A stretch of 64,000 bases of DNA, from positions 32,001-96,000 of the forward strand of contig OZ223270.1 of the NCBI GenBank assembly GCA_965140585.1, written 5' to 3'. A program made the position numbers and the translations under genes. Within the stretch, counting starts at the first letter, position 1; each line of letters starts with the position of its first letter. Shown piece by piece: positions 39,157 through 48,049 of this stretch. The notes under the pieces were generated by a model. The model worked only from the letters and a program-made list of their open reading frames with translations, made no database searches and was not told the DNA's origin. This DNA is from Spirochaetia bacterium. GTDB lineage: Bacteria > Spirochaetota > Spirochaetia > UBA9216.

Positions 39157-41274
39157 TTAAAAAGAAACATCTACAAGGTTAACGTTGTCCTGTCCCCAGA
39201 CTTTAAAGTTCTTAAGTTCTCTATTCCAGGCATAGAGCTGTTCTTCCTGAACGCGATGTCTGAATTGAATATCTTCTGTAAGAAGTGCCATAATTTTGTC
39301 TTCAAGTTCTATTGCCTTTAATTCATCTGTTGTCACGACAGCTTCCTTGATCAGGACATTAAACTCGTCGCTCTGATATTTTGGTCTGTTCAGACCATCT
39401 GCTGCAAGCAGCAGTGCAGGACTGCAGGCAAGAGCCATTGCAATTACTACACGCTGCTTCATTCCTCCCGAAAACTGGTGAGGATACTCGTTAAAACGGT
39501 CTTCCGGAATGCCGACCCTCTCGAGGATTTTAACGGCCTTAGCATCAGAATCTGCCCGGGATATTTTTTCATGCAGCCTGATTATCTCAGAGATCTGCTT
39601 ACCGACGTAAAAATCGGATTAAGGGCAGTCCTCGGATCCTGAAAAATCATGGAAATTTTGTTGCCCCTGTTCTTTCTCATCTTTGCCTCGGACAGTTTCA
39701 ACAGAGCCTTCCCTTCAAAGAAAATCTTACCTCCGTCAATTACCGCGGGAGTATCCTAAGTATAGACTTTGCTATAGTGGTCTTGTCTGCTCCGGTTTCT
39801 CCAACAAGACCGAGAGTCTCTCCGGCCTTCAGCTCAAAGGAGACATCGCTGGCCGCATAAACCTTGTCTGAATCAGTTGAATAGTGGATATTGAGCCCTT
39901 TTATTGATAGTAAGGTATTCTCCATACGGATGCCTCCTACTTTTTGAGACGCGGATCGAGTGCATCTCGAAGTTCGTCGCAAAGCATATATAGTGAAAGA
40001 ACTGTAAGCATAATTGTTACCCCCGGAAAGATAAAAATGTGCCAGTAGTCTCGAATGTAGTTTCGTCCGCCGGAGAGCATAGCGCCCCATTCAAGGACCG
40101 GAGGCTGAGCACCCAAACCAATAAAACTCAGCATTGCAGCAATAAGTATAGCGCCGGCGACCCCCATAGTCACTGAACGATAAGTGGAGACATGGCGTTT
40201 GGCAGAATATGTTTTCCAATAATTCTCATGTCCCTGGCGTTGATGGCTTTTGCCGCTTCAACGGATTCCATTTCCCGGACACTCAAAAAAGAGGAGCGGG
40301 TCATTCGTGCATACGAGGTTATCAGTGCCCATCAGGTGACTTGCACTTGAAAGTGATAGAACACTGTCCAAATCCTGCTGCTCGTATGGATATGGCGCAA
40401 CAAAATCGGCAAAGACGGCTAAGGACTATTAATATCATGAAGAACAGCCCAACCATTGCCAGCTTGTTTTTAATTTTCTTGCGGTGATACTGACTCTTGA
40501 TACTCGGATCAATATAGGCGTAAAGGATATCAACAAGAAGCATTACAACACTGAAGGTGATAGATATAACCAGAACACTTCTCTGAATTGCGAGATAGTC
40601 GCGGCTCTTGATGGCTGCCACCATATAGGTACCGAGTCCCGGTATAAAAAAACCGATTCAGCAGCAATAGCTCAACTCATCTAAACACCAAGCAGTGCTC
40701 CGATTGTTGTAACAACCGGAATAAGAGCATTGCGCAAAGCATGTACGTAGATGACATTACCCTCGGTCTGCCCCTTTGCACGGGCAGTAGTTATATAATC
40801 CTGCCTGATAACCTCAAGCATACTGGAGCGAGGCTGCCTGGCTATTCGTCCTGCGGCATTAAGCGCAATAAGCATCGAAGCATTATCCTTCCATGAATAC
40901 TGGTTAACAGCCGACGCAACCCCGAGCGGCATTCCAATCAGAACAGAGAGGAGCACACTGAGTGCAGCAACCAGAAGAGTATTAGGAAATCTTGAAATAA
41001 TCTCTTCGGTTACGCTTCGGTTGTTGATATACGAGTTTCCAAGATCAAATTTGATAAAGGCGTTGCAGCAGTAAGTACCGAAACGGACAAGGAAGGGATC
41101 ATTAAGCCCCCAGTCATCCCGAAGTTCGTTTACTTCCTAGGGTGTTGCATCTGAACCAAGTTTAATATGAGCCGGATCTCCGGGTGTAAAATAAAGAAGA
41201 GTAAAAGCAAAAAAAGTTACTCCAAAAATTTCAGAGATCATCAAAAGAATTCTTCTGATAATGTATTTTCCCAC
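39157..41274 (-). pseudogene. Collapsed dipeptide/oligopeptide-type ABC operon (permease B, permease C, ATPase, tail of a binding protein)
   Basis: TPGDPA, RSSMLEVIRQDYITTARAKG, HALRNALIP, DILYAYIDP; LSFIGLGAQPP, LRDALDPR; [22 protein letters not shown]; premature stops, frameshifts and large deletions. Confidence 0.85.
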
Positions 41275-41350
41275 TTGTGACCTCCTTAAAGCTTTCAGCA
41301 GAGTTCTCAATATCGATAAACAATTATATTCCTGAATTAGTTTATTACGG

Positions 41351-41408
41351 TTTTGATGATAGGGCTATGTGCACTTTTTACATATTTTTTAGAGCCCTAT
41401 CATCAAAA
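41351..41408. repeat. Perfect 16-bp inverted repeat with 26-nt spacer
   Basis: TTTTGATGATAGGGCT (41351-41366) / AGCCCTATCATCAAAA (41393-41408). Confidence 0.85.
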
Positions 41409-41469
41409 GCCTCCGCTGATTTTCATCGTACGCATTCCCTGAAGAGATGACCTCACACCGATACCATCT

Positions 41470-41910
41470 GCTTATTACCTCGGGAAACCGGGAAACCCGT
41501 TCCGACAATTCAGCACCCCCGCTTATATTTTCTTCTATCAAATCCTGCAACAGATCGGATATTTTCTCGTTTGTTTTAAAGGAGGAAGTATTTTCAACTG
41601 CGGCAAACTGACAGAGAAAGCCTGAGGCCGCCTTCAGTTCATCAATAAGGCCCTAGTCCTTATGAGGATCTTCGGAAATAAAAATGAAACATCTGGAGAA
41701 AGAGTAACGCTTTTTTATTTCTGCAATAATTCCGTATTGACCTGAAGCAAAAGAAACCCCGTAGGCGCTTACATGCTCCCTGGTAAACAGAGGCACACTG
41801 CCTTTGAGAGTAAGAATGACTCCTAAACTCTGCTCTGAAAGATAACGCTTATCAAGCATTTCATCCAGATAGGCATTTTCCAGCTTACTGTTCCCGCTTT
41901 CAACAAGCGG
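41470..41910 (-). pseudogene. Unidentified gene remnant
   Basis: Protein-like frame (PLVESG...MLDKRYL...PHKD*GLIDEL...) runs through an in-frame TAG at 41653; no clear start. Confidence 0.35.
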
Positions 41911-41928
41911 GCGGTATCTGAATTTCGG

Positions 41929-42573
41929 CTACAATCCTAGGACGTAAGAGCTTGCATTTGAAAGATGCTCCTGCATCCTCCTGCCTGCAGCCTCTTCATC
42001 TCCGGAGAATATGGCATCAAGCAGGGCCAGATGCTCTGTGAGGATATCGTTGAACCTTCGCTTGGTAAAACGCTGCCCGTAATGATTTTTTATTCTGGTC
42101 ATCCTGTCCATCAGGCCGCTGTAGATCTTTTCAAGCGAATCATTTTCTATGGATCGGATAATGGCAGAATGAATATTTTCCCATTTACCCCATTCCAGAA
42201 CCTTTTCCTCCATCAGTTCGCCGGCTTCGAGAATTTTAAGACCGTCTTCCCTGATTTTTTCCAGTTCAGTATTGCCCTTTCTAACAGCAGCCTTCCTGGC
42301 AACACCAACCTCTATAATTTCACGTATCTGGAATACATCCTGAATTTCATTTGAAGTAATGTAAGTAATGGTGGAACCCCGTCCCGGTACATTCTCAACA
42401 AAACCGTCACGCTCAAGCTGTCTCAGAGCTTCCCTTATCGGCGTCTTGCTTACGCCTAGATCTTCGGCGAAAACCGCCTCATTGATGGGCAGCCCCGGCT
42501 GAAGCTCTACATCGATGATTCTTCTCTTAAGGGCTTCATAAACCTGAACCTTCTTGTTTTTTGTTCCTTCCAT
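41929..42573 (-). CDS. GntR family regulator (FCD effector domain)
   Basis: VYEALK..I...LQPG, LGVSKTPIREAL, EH..LLDAI, MQEHL. Confidence 0.92.
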   Translation of the reverse strand: MEGTKNKKVQVYEALKRRIIDVELQPGLPINEAVFAEDLGVSKTPIREALRQLERDGFVENVPGRGSTITYITSNEIQDVFQIREIIEVGVARKAAVRKGNTELEKIREDGLKILEAGELMEEKVLEWGKWENIHSAIIRSIENDSLEKIYSGLMDRMTRIKNHYGQRFTKRRFNDILTEHLALLDAIFSGDEEAAGRRMQEHLSNASSYVLGL

Positions 42574-42689
42574 ATATCTTCACCTATAAATAAATATCAA
42601 ATTATCTAATTAAACCAAGAACAATAATACACAGAATCAGTTATTTAACAAGACCTGCACATAATAACACGTAATCAAATTATAATTAT

Positions 42690-42718
42690 ATTATATTTTG
42701 ATATTGAGACAATGTCAA
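42690..42718 (-). promoter_or_regulatory. Consensus sigma70 promoter of the GntR gene
   Basis: Minus-strand TTGACA (42713-42718) N17 TATAAT (42690-42695), flanked by AATTATAATT palindromes at 42678 and 42720. Confidence 0.7.
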
Positions 42719-42760
42719 AAATTATAATTATATATTTGAAATATAATAAACATGTATTCT

Positions 42761-42795
42761 AAAAAAAAGAGGACTTCATCATGAAATCCTCTTTT
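42761..42795 (-). terminator. Intrinsic terminator
   Basis: AAAAGAGGACTTCAT-C-ATGAAATCCTCTTTT hairpin with A8. Confidence 0.75.
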
Positions 42796-42818
42796 ATAAT
42801 TTGAATCTTCTTTGATAA

Positions 42819-43583
42819 TCAGGAAACAAGCCCTTTAAGATAGGCCAGGGTATCTGAATCTGCATCTGAAGGCAGGTTGATTATCCCGCCGTAGCCGGCA
42901 CTTCCGAGATCTGCAAGAATGGTTTTATAATCGATACCGCCTCCGTTTTCAGGCGCAATACGAATCCTGCGGGTTACATCTGGGTTCTCAATATGAACAT
43001 ATCCTATACCATCAGAACTGCCCCTGGAGCCTTCAGGCCAGATTTTATCAATGCCGGCAAAGCCAAGTGAAACTGAAATATTGCTTCGCCCGATCCTGTT
43101 AATTACCTCTCGGGCTTCATCAAATGTATTTATATAATTAGTCCATTCTTCGGGAAGCGGTTCGATAAGTATATCAGTACCGAATTCTTCGCCTGTCTCG
43201 GAAAGCACAAAAAGAAACTGCAGAGCCTGCTCCCTGAAGGTTCCAATTTCACCCTCCATCGGCAGAATTCTTGCCCGGGGATTATTCCACAATGCATATC
43301 TGCAGCCAGCAGCCGATGTTTTCTCAAACAGTTTTTTAAGATATTCAGTCCAGGCATAAATATTAAACCCCTGCTCCGTTACACGAACCTCACCGGGCAG
43401 AATAGCGGTGCAGACATCATTTTTAAGTCCTGTTCCTGCTATCCTGGATTTCAGTTCTGAAATCTCAGTAACTTTTAACTGCTCAAGCGTAACCGCGGAA
43501 AGCTCAATCTGGTCAAAGCCGTCCTTTGCACAGTTTTCAATATCAGCCGGATCAGTAAGGCTTTTACTCCATTGAAAATTCAC
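42819..43583 (-). CDS. Sugar isomerase/epimerase-like TIM barrel (AP endonuclease 2 fold), divergent
   Basis: GFDQIEL, ILIEPL....NYINT..EA, YVHI..P..R..P, L...GY.G; two metal ligands appear to be missing. Confidence 0.7.
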   Translation of the reverse strand: MNFQWSKSLTDPADIENCAKDGFDQIELSAVTLEQLKVTEISELKSRIAGTGLKNDVCTAILPGEVRVTEQGFNIYAWTEYLKKLFEKTSAAGCRYALWNNPRARILPMEGEIGTFREQALQFLFVLSETGEEFGTDILIEPLPEEWTNYINTFDEAREVINRIGRSNISVSLGFAGIDKIWPEGSRGSSDGIGYVHIENPDVTRRIRIAPENGGGIDYKTILADLGSAGYGGIINLPSDADSDTLAYLKGLVS

Positions 43584-43593
43584 AGGCCCCTCC

Positions 43594-44031
43594 CTATTTC
43601 AGATTCACAAGCGCTTCAAGAGCAAGGATATAGCTTTTCTTACCAAAGCCGCCGATAACACCTACACACACCGGAGCAATAACAGACTGGTGCCTGAATT
43701 CTTCACGGGTGTGTACGTTGGAAATGAATACCTCAACACAGGGCAGCAGCATAGCACCTATTGCGCTGCGCAGTGCATAACTGTAGTGAGCCAGAGCGCC
43801 TGCATTAATTACCACCCCCTCAAATTCTGAAGGAGCCTCCTGCAAAGCATCGATTATTCCGCCCTCACTGTTGAATTGACGGCAGTCAACTTCAACACCG
43901 AGTTCGGCAGCACGGCTCTCAAGACCCGCATGAATATCATCAAGTGAGCCCTGTCCATATATAGAGGTTTTCCTTTCCCCCAGAAGGTTAAGGTTCGGAC
44001 CTGAAATTACAAGATATTTTTTATCACTCAA
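43594..44031 (-). CDS. aroQ: Type II 3-dehydroquinate dehydratase paralogue with degenerate active site
   Basis: GPNLNLLG.R...YG, INAGA..H.S.ALR, SNVH.REEFRH.S; but EVFISN and ALRSA. Confidence 0.8.
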   Translation of the reverse strand: MSDKKYLVISGPNLNLLGERKTSIYGQGSLDDIHAGLESRAAELGVEVDCRQFNSEGGIIDALQEAPSEFEGVVINAGALAHYSYALRSAIGAMLLPCVEVFISNVHTREEFRHQSVIAPVCVGVIGGFGKKSYILALEALVNLK

Positions 44032-44055
44032 AATAGTTCTCCTCTGCTTTTCCTG

Positions 44056-44505
44056 CTATTTCCACGGGTCAAAGGGTTCATCCATAAGTGAACGCAGACC
44101 GAGAATATATCCGTGCGGGCCAAGACCGCAGATCTGACCAATACAGACCGGAGCAATTACCGAAACGTGACGAAACGATTCTCTTTTAAAAATATTGGAT
44201 ATATGTACTTCAACTACAGGCACCTGGGAAGCTGCAATTGCATCCCTCAGAGCAATTGAATAATGGGTATAAGCCCCGGCATTAAGAACTATTCCGTCCT
44301 TAATACCCCTGCAGTTCTGAATGAATGAGACAAGTTCACCCTCGGTATTGGACTGATAAAATTCCAGCTCTACACCGAGCTTCTCAGCCTCGGCAGCAAT
44401 ATCAACATTGATGTCTTCCATAGTTTTGCCGCCGTAGATACCAATTTCACGTTTCCCGAGCATGTTAAGATTCGGTCCGTGAATAACGGCTATTTTTTTT
44501 GACAA
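44056..44505 (-). CDS. aroQ: Type II 3-dehydroquinate dehydratase
   Basis: HGPNLNMLGKRE..IYG, NAGAYTHYSIALRDA, EVHISN, RESFRH.S; TTG start with GGAG RBS. Confidence 0.93.
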   Translation of the reverse strand: MSKKIAVIHGPNLNMLGKREIGIYGGKTMEDINVDIAAEAEKLGVELEFYQSNTEGELVSFIQNCRGIKDGIVLNAGAYTHYSIALRDAIAASQVPVVEVHISNIFKRESFRHVSVIAPVCIGQICGLGPHGYILGLRSLMDEPFDPWK

Positions 44506-44705
44506 GATGTTCTCCTCCAGGAAAATCGGATGTACTTTTATGGATGATAGTAATAGGTTTTCTATTATATATCAATATTTTAACCCGTTTCCGCACGTTT
44601 TTACACTGACCTCATAGTTTTTTAACAGCTGCAGCTGTATAATAATAGGGATACTATAAAACATTATATTCAGCTAAAAGTAATTTTCAAAGGACTGTAT
44701 TTACA

Positions 44706-46334
44706 ATGAAAAGACTATTATTACTATTTATCACAATCGCGCTGGCATCAGCCCCGCTCATGTTTTTATCCTGTGAAGACTTTTTCTTTCCGGAGACACC
44801 GAATAATTCAGACGATACAGAAGACGAAACAACAATCCCTGATACCCCGTCAGCATTAAGCGTTGATTCGATTTCAAGTGCGACGCTGAACCCGTCAATA
44901 GTTCTCGAATGGACCGACAACTCTGATGATGAAACAGGCTTTACAATAGAGAGATCAACATCCACAGACTTCAGCTCCGCTGAGAGCTTTTCGGCTGATA
45001 CAAATGATACCGAATACCTGGACAAAACCATTGCTGAAGATACTGAGTATTACTACCGGATTGCGGCAAAAAACAGCGCCGGCAGCTCGGACTGGGTAAG
45101 CTCATCGGCAATAACCTTCGCATACGATGCCCCCGCCGCCCCATCGGGATTATCGGCAACTAAAACAGGCACTACGAGCTGTAATTTATCATGGACAGAC
45201 AATTCATATTGTGAAAATGGATTTACAATTGAATACAGTGAGAATGAGAATTTTACAACATTTTCAACTGAACCGGCAGACGCCGATGCAACCTCAGCAA
45301 GCCTCAGCGGACTAACTCCGGAAGGCTACTATTACATCAGGGTTCTTGCTTACAATGATACAGGAGATTCGGATTATTCGGATGTAGAAGAGGTAGATCT
45401 CAGCGCAACCGCACCTGATTCGCCGTCAGGACTGATGGTTGAACAGGCGTCAAACACCAGTTGTACCGTAAGCTGGATGGACAACTCAACCAACGAAACC
45501 GGGTTTAAAATTCAATACCGCACCGACGACACTATCACAACGCCAATAACTATTACAGTAGCGGCAGAAACCGATTCAACCCTGATAAGCGGTCTTACCG
45601 AAAACACAACCTATTATTTTCAGGTCTGCGCTACGAATAATGGATCAGATTCCGCTTACACCGATCCGGTATCAGTAGCACTGGTTTCTGAAGTTCCGAA
45701 TACACTGAATATAGTTTTTGAGGATGGGGTCGAGCATGGGGATAGAGAGAAGATTTACACAATATGGATAAGCTGGATAGATGATAATGATACTTCTGAT
45801 GTAAGTGACGATCTGGAAGTTTTTGAGAACATCTATGTTTGCACCCACATACGACTTCAGGATCTGTCGGGAACTGCACTTCCTTATTGGCAGGAAAATA
45901 TCCGCAGTCAAACAGATAATGTTGATGCAGTTTCTGGTTCTACAATTTTTGATGGTGATTTTACTGAGTCAAGGACTTTAACTGACCTACCGGAGGAATT
46001 TACTGTTTGGTTCGAGATCGATCATTCCAGAGACGGAAACGACTGGTTCAGTGATCAGCCTGCGATTCTCTATAAAGTAGTTGTAGATCAATCAATCGAA
46101 GATACTGTTTTTGATTCAGAATTTATTGCATGGACTCCAAACGAATATACTGAATACGGTGGTGCTTACAATAATATACCCGATATGAACGAAGCGGTCG
46201 GTGTCGGTGATATTCAGTATGAGACCCGCTATATCACCAATCAGAGAACCGGTGATGATTTTAACGAAGATCTTGATGATGAACCCGCCACCGACCTTGT
46301 AGGCGACCTCTATGTCACTCTGACTACCGAATAG
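44706..46334 (+). CDS. Lipoprotein with three fibronectin type III domains and a C-terminal DUF2271-like domain
   Basis: FLS-C lipobox; three W.DNS..E.GF.I repeats with Y...V.A.N; YTIW, ALPYW, VDAVSGST. Confidence 0.8.
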   Translation: MKRLLLLFITIALASAPLMFLSCEDFFFPETPNNSDDTEDETTIPDTPSALSVDSISSATLNPSIVLEWTDNSDDETGFTIERSTSTDFSSAESFSADTNDTEYLDKTIAEDTEYYYRIAAKNSAGSSDWVSSSAITFAYDAPAAPSGLSATKTGTTSCNLSWTDNSYCENGFTIEYSENENFTTFSTEPADADATSASLSGLTPEGYYYIRVLAYNDTGDSDYSDVEEVDLSATAPDSPSGLMVEQASNTSCTVSWMDNSTNETGFKIQYRTDDTITTPITITVAAETDSTLISGLTENTTYYFQVCATNNGSDSAYTDPVSVALVSEVPNTLNIVFEDGVEHGDREKIYTIWISWIDDNDTSDVSDDLEVFENIYVCTHIRLQDLSGTALPYWQENIRSQTDNVDAVSGSTIFDGDFTESRTLTDLPEEFTVWFEIDHSRDGNDWFSDQPAILYKVVVDQSIEDTVFDSEFIAWTPNEYTEYGGAYNNIPDMNEAVGVGDIQYETRYITNQRTGDDFNEDLDDEPATDLVGDLYVTLTTE

Positions 46335-46366
46335 ATTTCTCAGTAAATTAAACGTAAAATCACTTT

Positions 46367-46391
46367 ACCCCGGGGCTTTCCCGGGTTTTTT
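46367..46391 (+). terminator. Intrinsic terminator
   Basis: ACCCCGGGG-CTTT-CCCGGG followed by T6. Confidence 0.65.
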
Positions 46392-46423
46392 AATGCTATA
46401 ATTCCAATTCAAAGGAGTTCTCG

Positions 46424-47094
46424 GTGAAAAGAATAATTATGACCATAATGAGTTTAATACTTCTTCTATCCCTCGCCGCCTGCACAAAGCTGAGAATGGA
46501 GCAGACTCTGCAGCCGAACCCAACTCCGGAAAAAAACTGAACGTGGTTTTCACCGACGGGATCGAACACGGCGGCTACCAGAAGGTTTATGCAATCTGGA
46601 TGGAGGGTGATGACGGTTTTTTCCGCAACATATACATCTGCAACAGAATAAAAAAGCAGGATCTTACCGGTACAGCCCTTCCCTACTGGCAGCTGAACAA
46701 GCGAAAGCTTGCATCAAGGGGTGAGATTGATGCTGTTACCGGCGCGACTATTGCAGACGGCGATTTTACTCAGAGTATCAGCCTTACCGGAGCTCCTGAT
46801 AAATTTTCAGTTTACTTTGAAATAGACCACTCCTTTGACCCCAACCAGTGGTTCACCGATCAGCCGTCGCTGCTGTATAAAATCGATGTGGATCTATCCA
46901 GCGGGAAAAACGAATTTGATTCTGAACTCATCGGCTGGACTGCCAACGAATATACCGACAACAACAGCAAAAACGGAACCAACAAAATACCCGGGGCATC
47001 AGTAAAAATGGGTGAACTCCAGTCCAGCGTTCAGTACATAACTGATGCAGCCGACCTGGTAGCTGGGCTTAAGGCCGTAATAACAGAAGACTGA
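46424..47094 (+). pseudogene. DUF2271-like lipoprotein, frameshifted between the signal peptide and the domain
   Basis: AAGGAG + GTG 46424 gives MKRIIMTIMSLILLLSLAA-C, which stops at 46540; the domain (YAIWME, ALPYW, IDAVTGAT) is in the -1 frame (ORF 46543-47094). Confidence 0.75.
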
Positions 47095-47182
47095 AGTATG
47101 CGTTCCCGGCTGTTCGGATGCGGAGCCGTATTTAATGAATTCCTTTTTCTTCGTGATATATTTGGAGAAAAAGGAGTTAAAA

Positions 47183-47944
47183 ATGAAAAAAGTGATTCCC
47201 CTCCTGATCTTCCTTGTTTTTTATTCGTTTCCTGTATTTTCCCAGACTTCCGAAACCGAAGGCTCCAAAGCCTGGCGATGGGGGCTGGTAGGATCAATTG
47301 AGATGGGCGCAGCCTTTGTTGATGAAACGGCCTTTGCTTCCGTCATGGAAGCCGGATACGGAAGCATTGAAACACAGGGAATGACGGTAAACCTGACCGC
47401 CGGTGCCGACCTGCGTAAACCTGATTTTATGGCGGTTGATCTGCTTGTCACATACATGGGCGGCGGGTCGTTTATGTGGACTGACATTTTCGGTTCACCT
47501 GATGAATCCTTTCCGCTTATGAGCGATTCCTGGTCGGTACAGATAGAGATTCAGCCGCTGTTTGAATTTCTGCATGGATTCCATCCATTCATAGGAGGTG
47601 GCTATTCTTTCACAAACAGCCTTATGGATGAGGCTGGTGACGGTTTCAAGGGTGGTACCGGACCCTTTGTTTCAGGCGGCCTTCTGATAATCAATAATTT
47701 CGGCCTCGGCCCCGGATTTCCTGCCTACAGTACCTCACAAAGCTATTTCGGAATCAGGATTTCCGCAAACTACCGCTTCCCCTATAGTTACGGTTTTAAT
47801 ATGGACTGGGATGAATACTCTGAAGGATACACAGGCCCTTCTGACTTATCCGAAATGCGCTCGTTTTTCGAATCGGAGAGTTTTCCTGCCGACTGTTTCT
47901 CATTCAGCATAGGTTTCAGCATGGGTTATATGCCTGATCCTTAA
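47183..47944 (+). CDS. Secreted protein, possible outer-membrane beta-barrel
   Basis: AAGGAG RBS; signal peptide ...PVFS; amphipathic strands (HPFIGGGYSF, FSFSIGFSMGY). Confidence 0.55.
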   Translation: MKKVIPLLIFLVFYSFPVFSQTSETEGSKAWRWGLVGSIEMGAAFVDETAFASVMEAGYGSIETQGMTVNLTAGADLRKPDFMAVDLLVTYMGGGSFMWTDIFGSPDESFPLMSDSWSVQIEIQPLFEFLHGFHPFIGGGYSFTNSLMDEAGDGFKGGTGPFVSGGLLIINNFGLGPGFPAYSTSQSYFGIRISANYRFPYSYGFNMDWDEYSEGYTGPSDLSEMRSFFESESFPADCFSFSIGFSMGYMPDP

Positions 47945-48049
47945 CTAATAAAATACTCAAAGTTTTTAAGTAAAGGCTTAACATTCCGCGAATAGGGTTT
48001 ATACTTAAATATTGGCATTCGCCATATATCTAATAAAAGGAGCAAAAAA

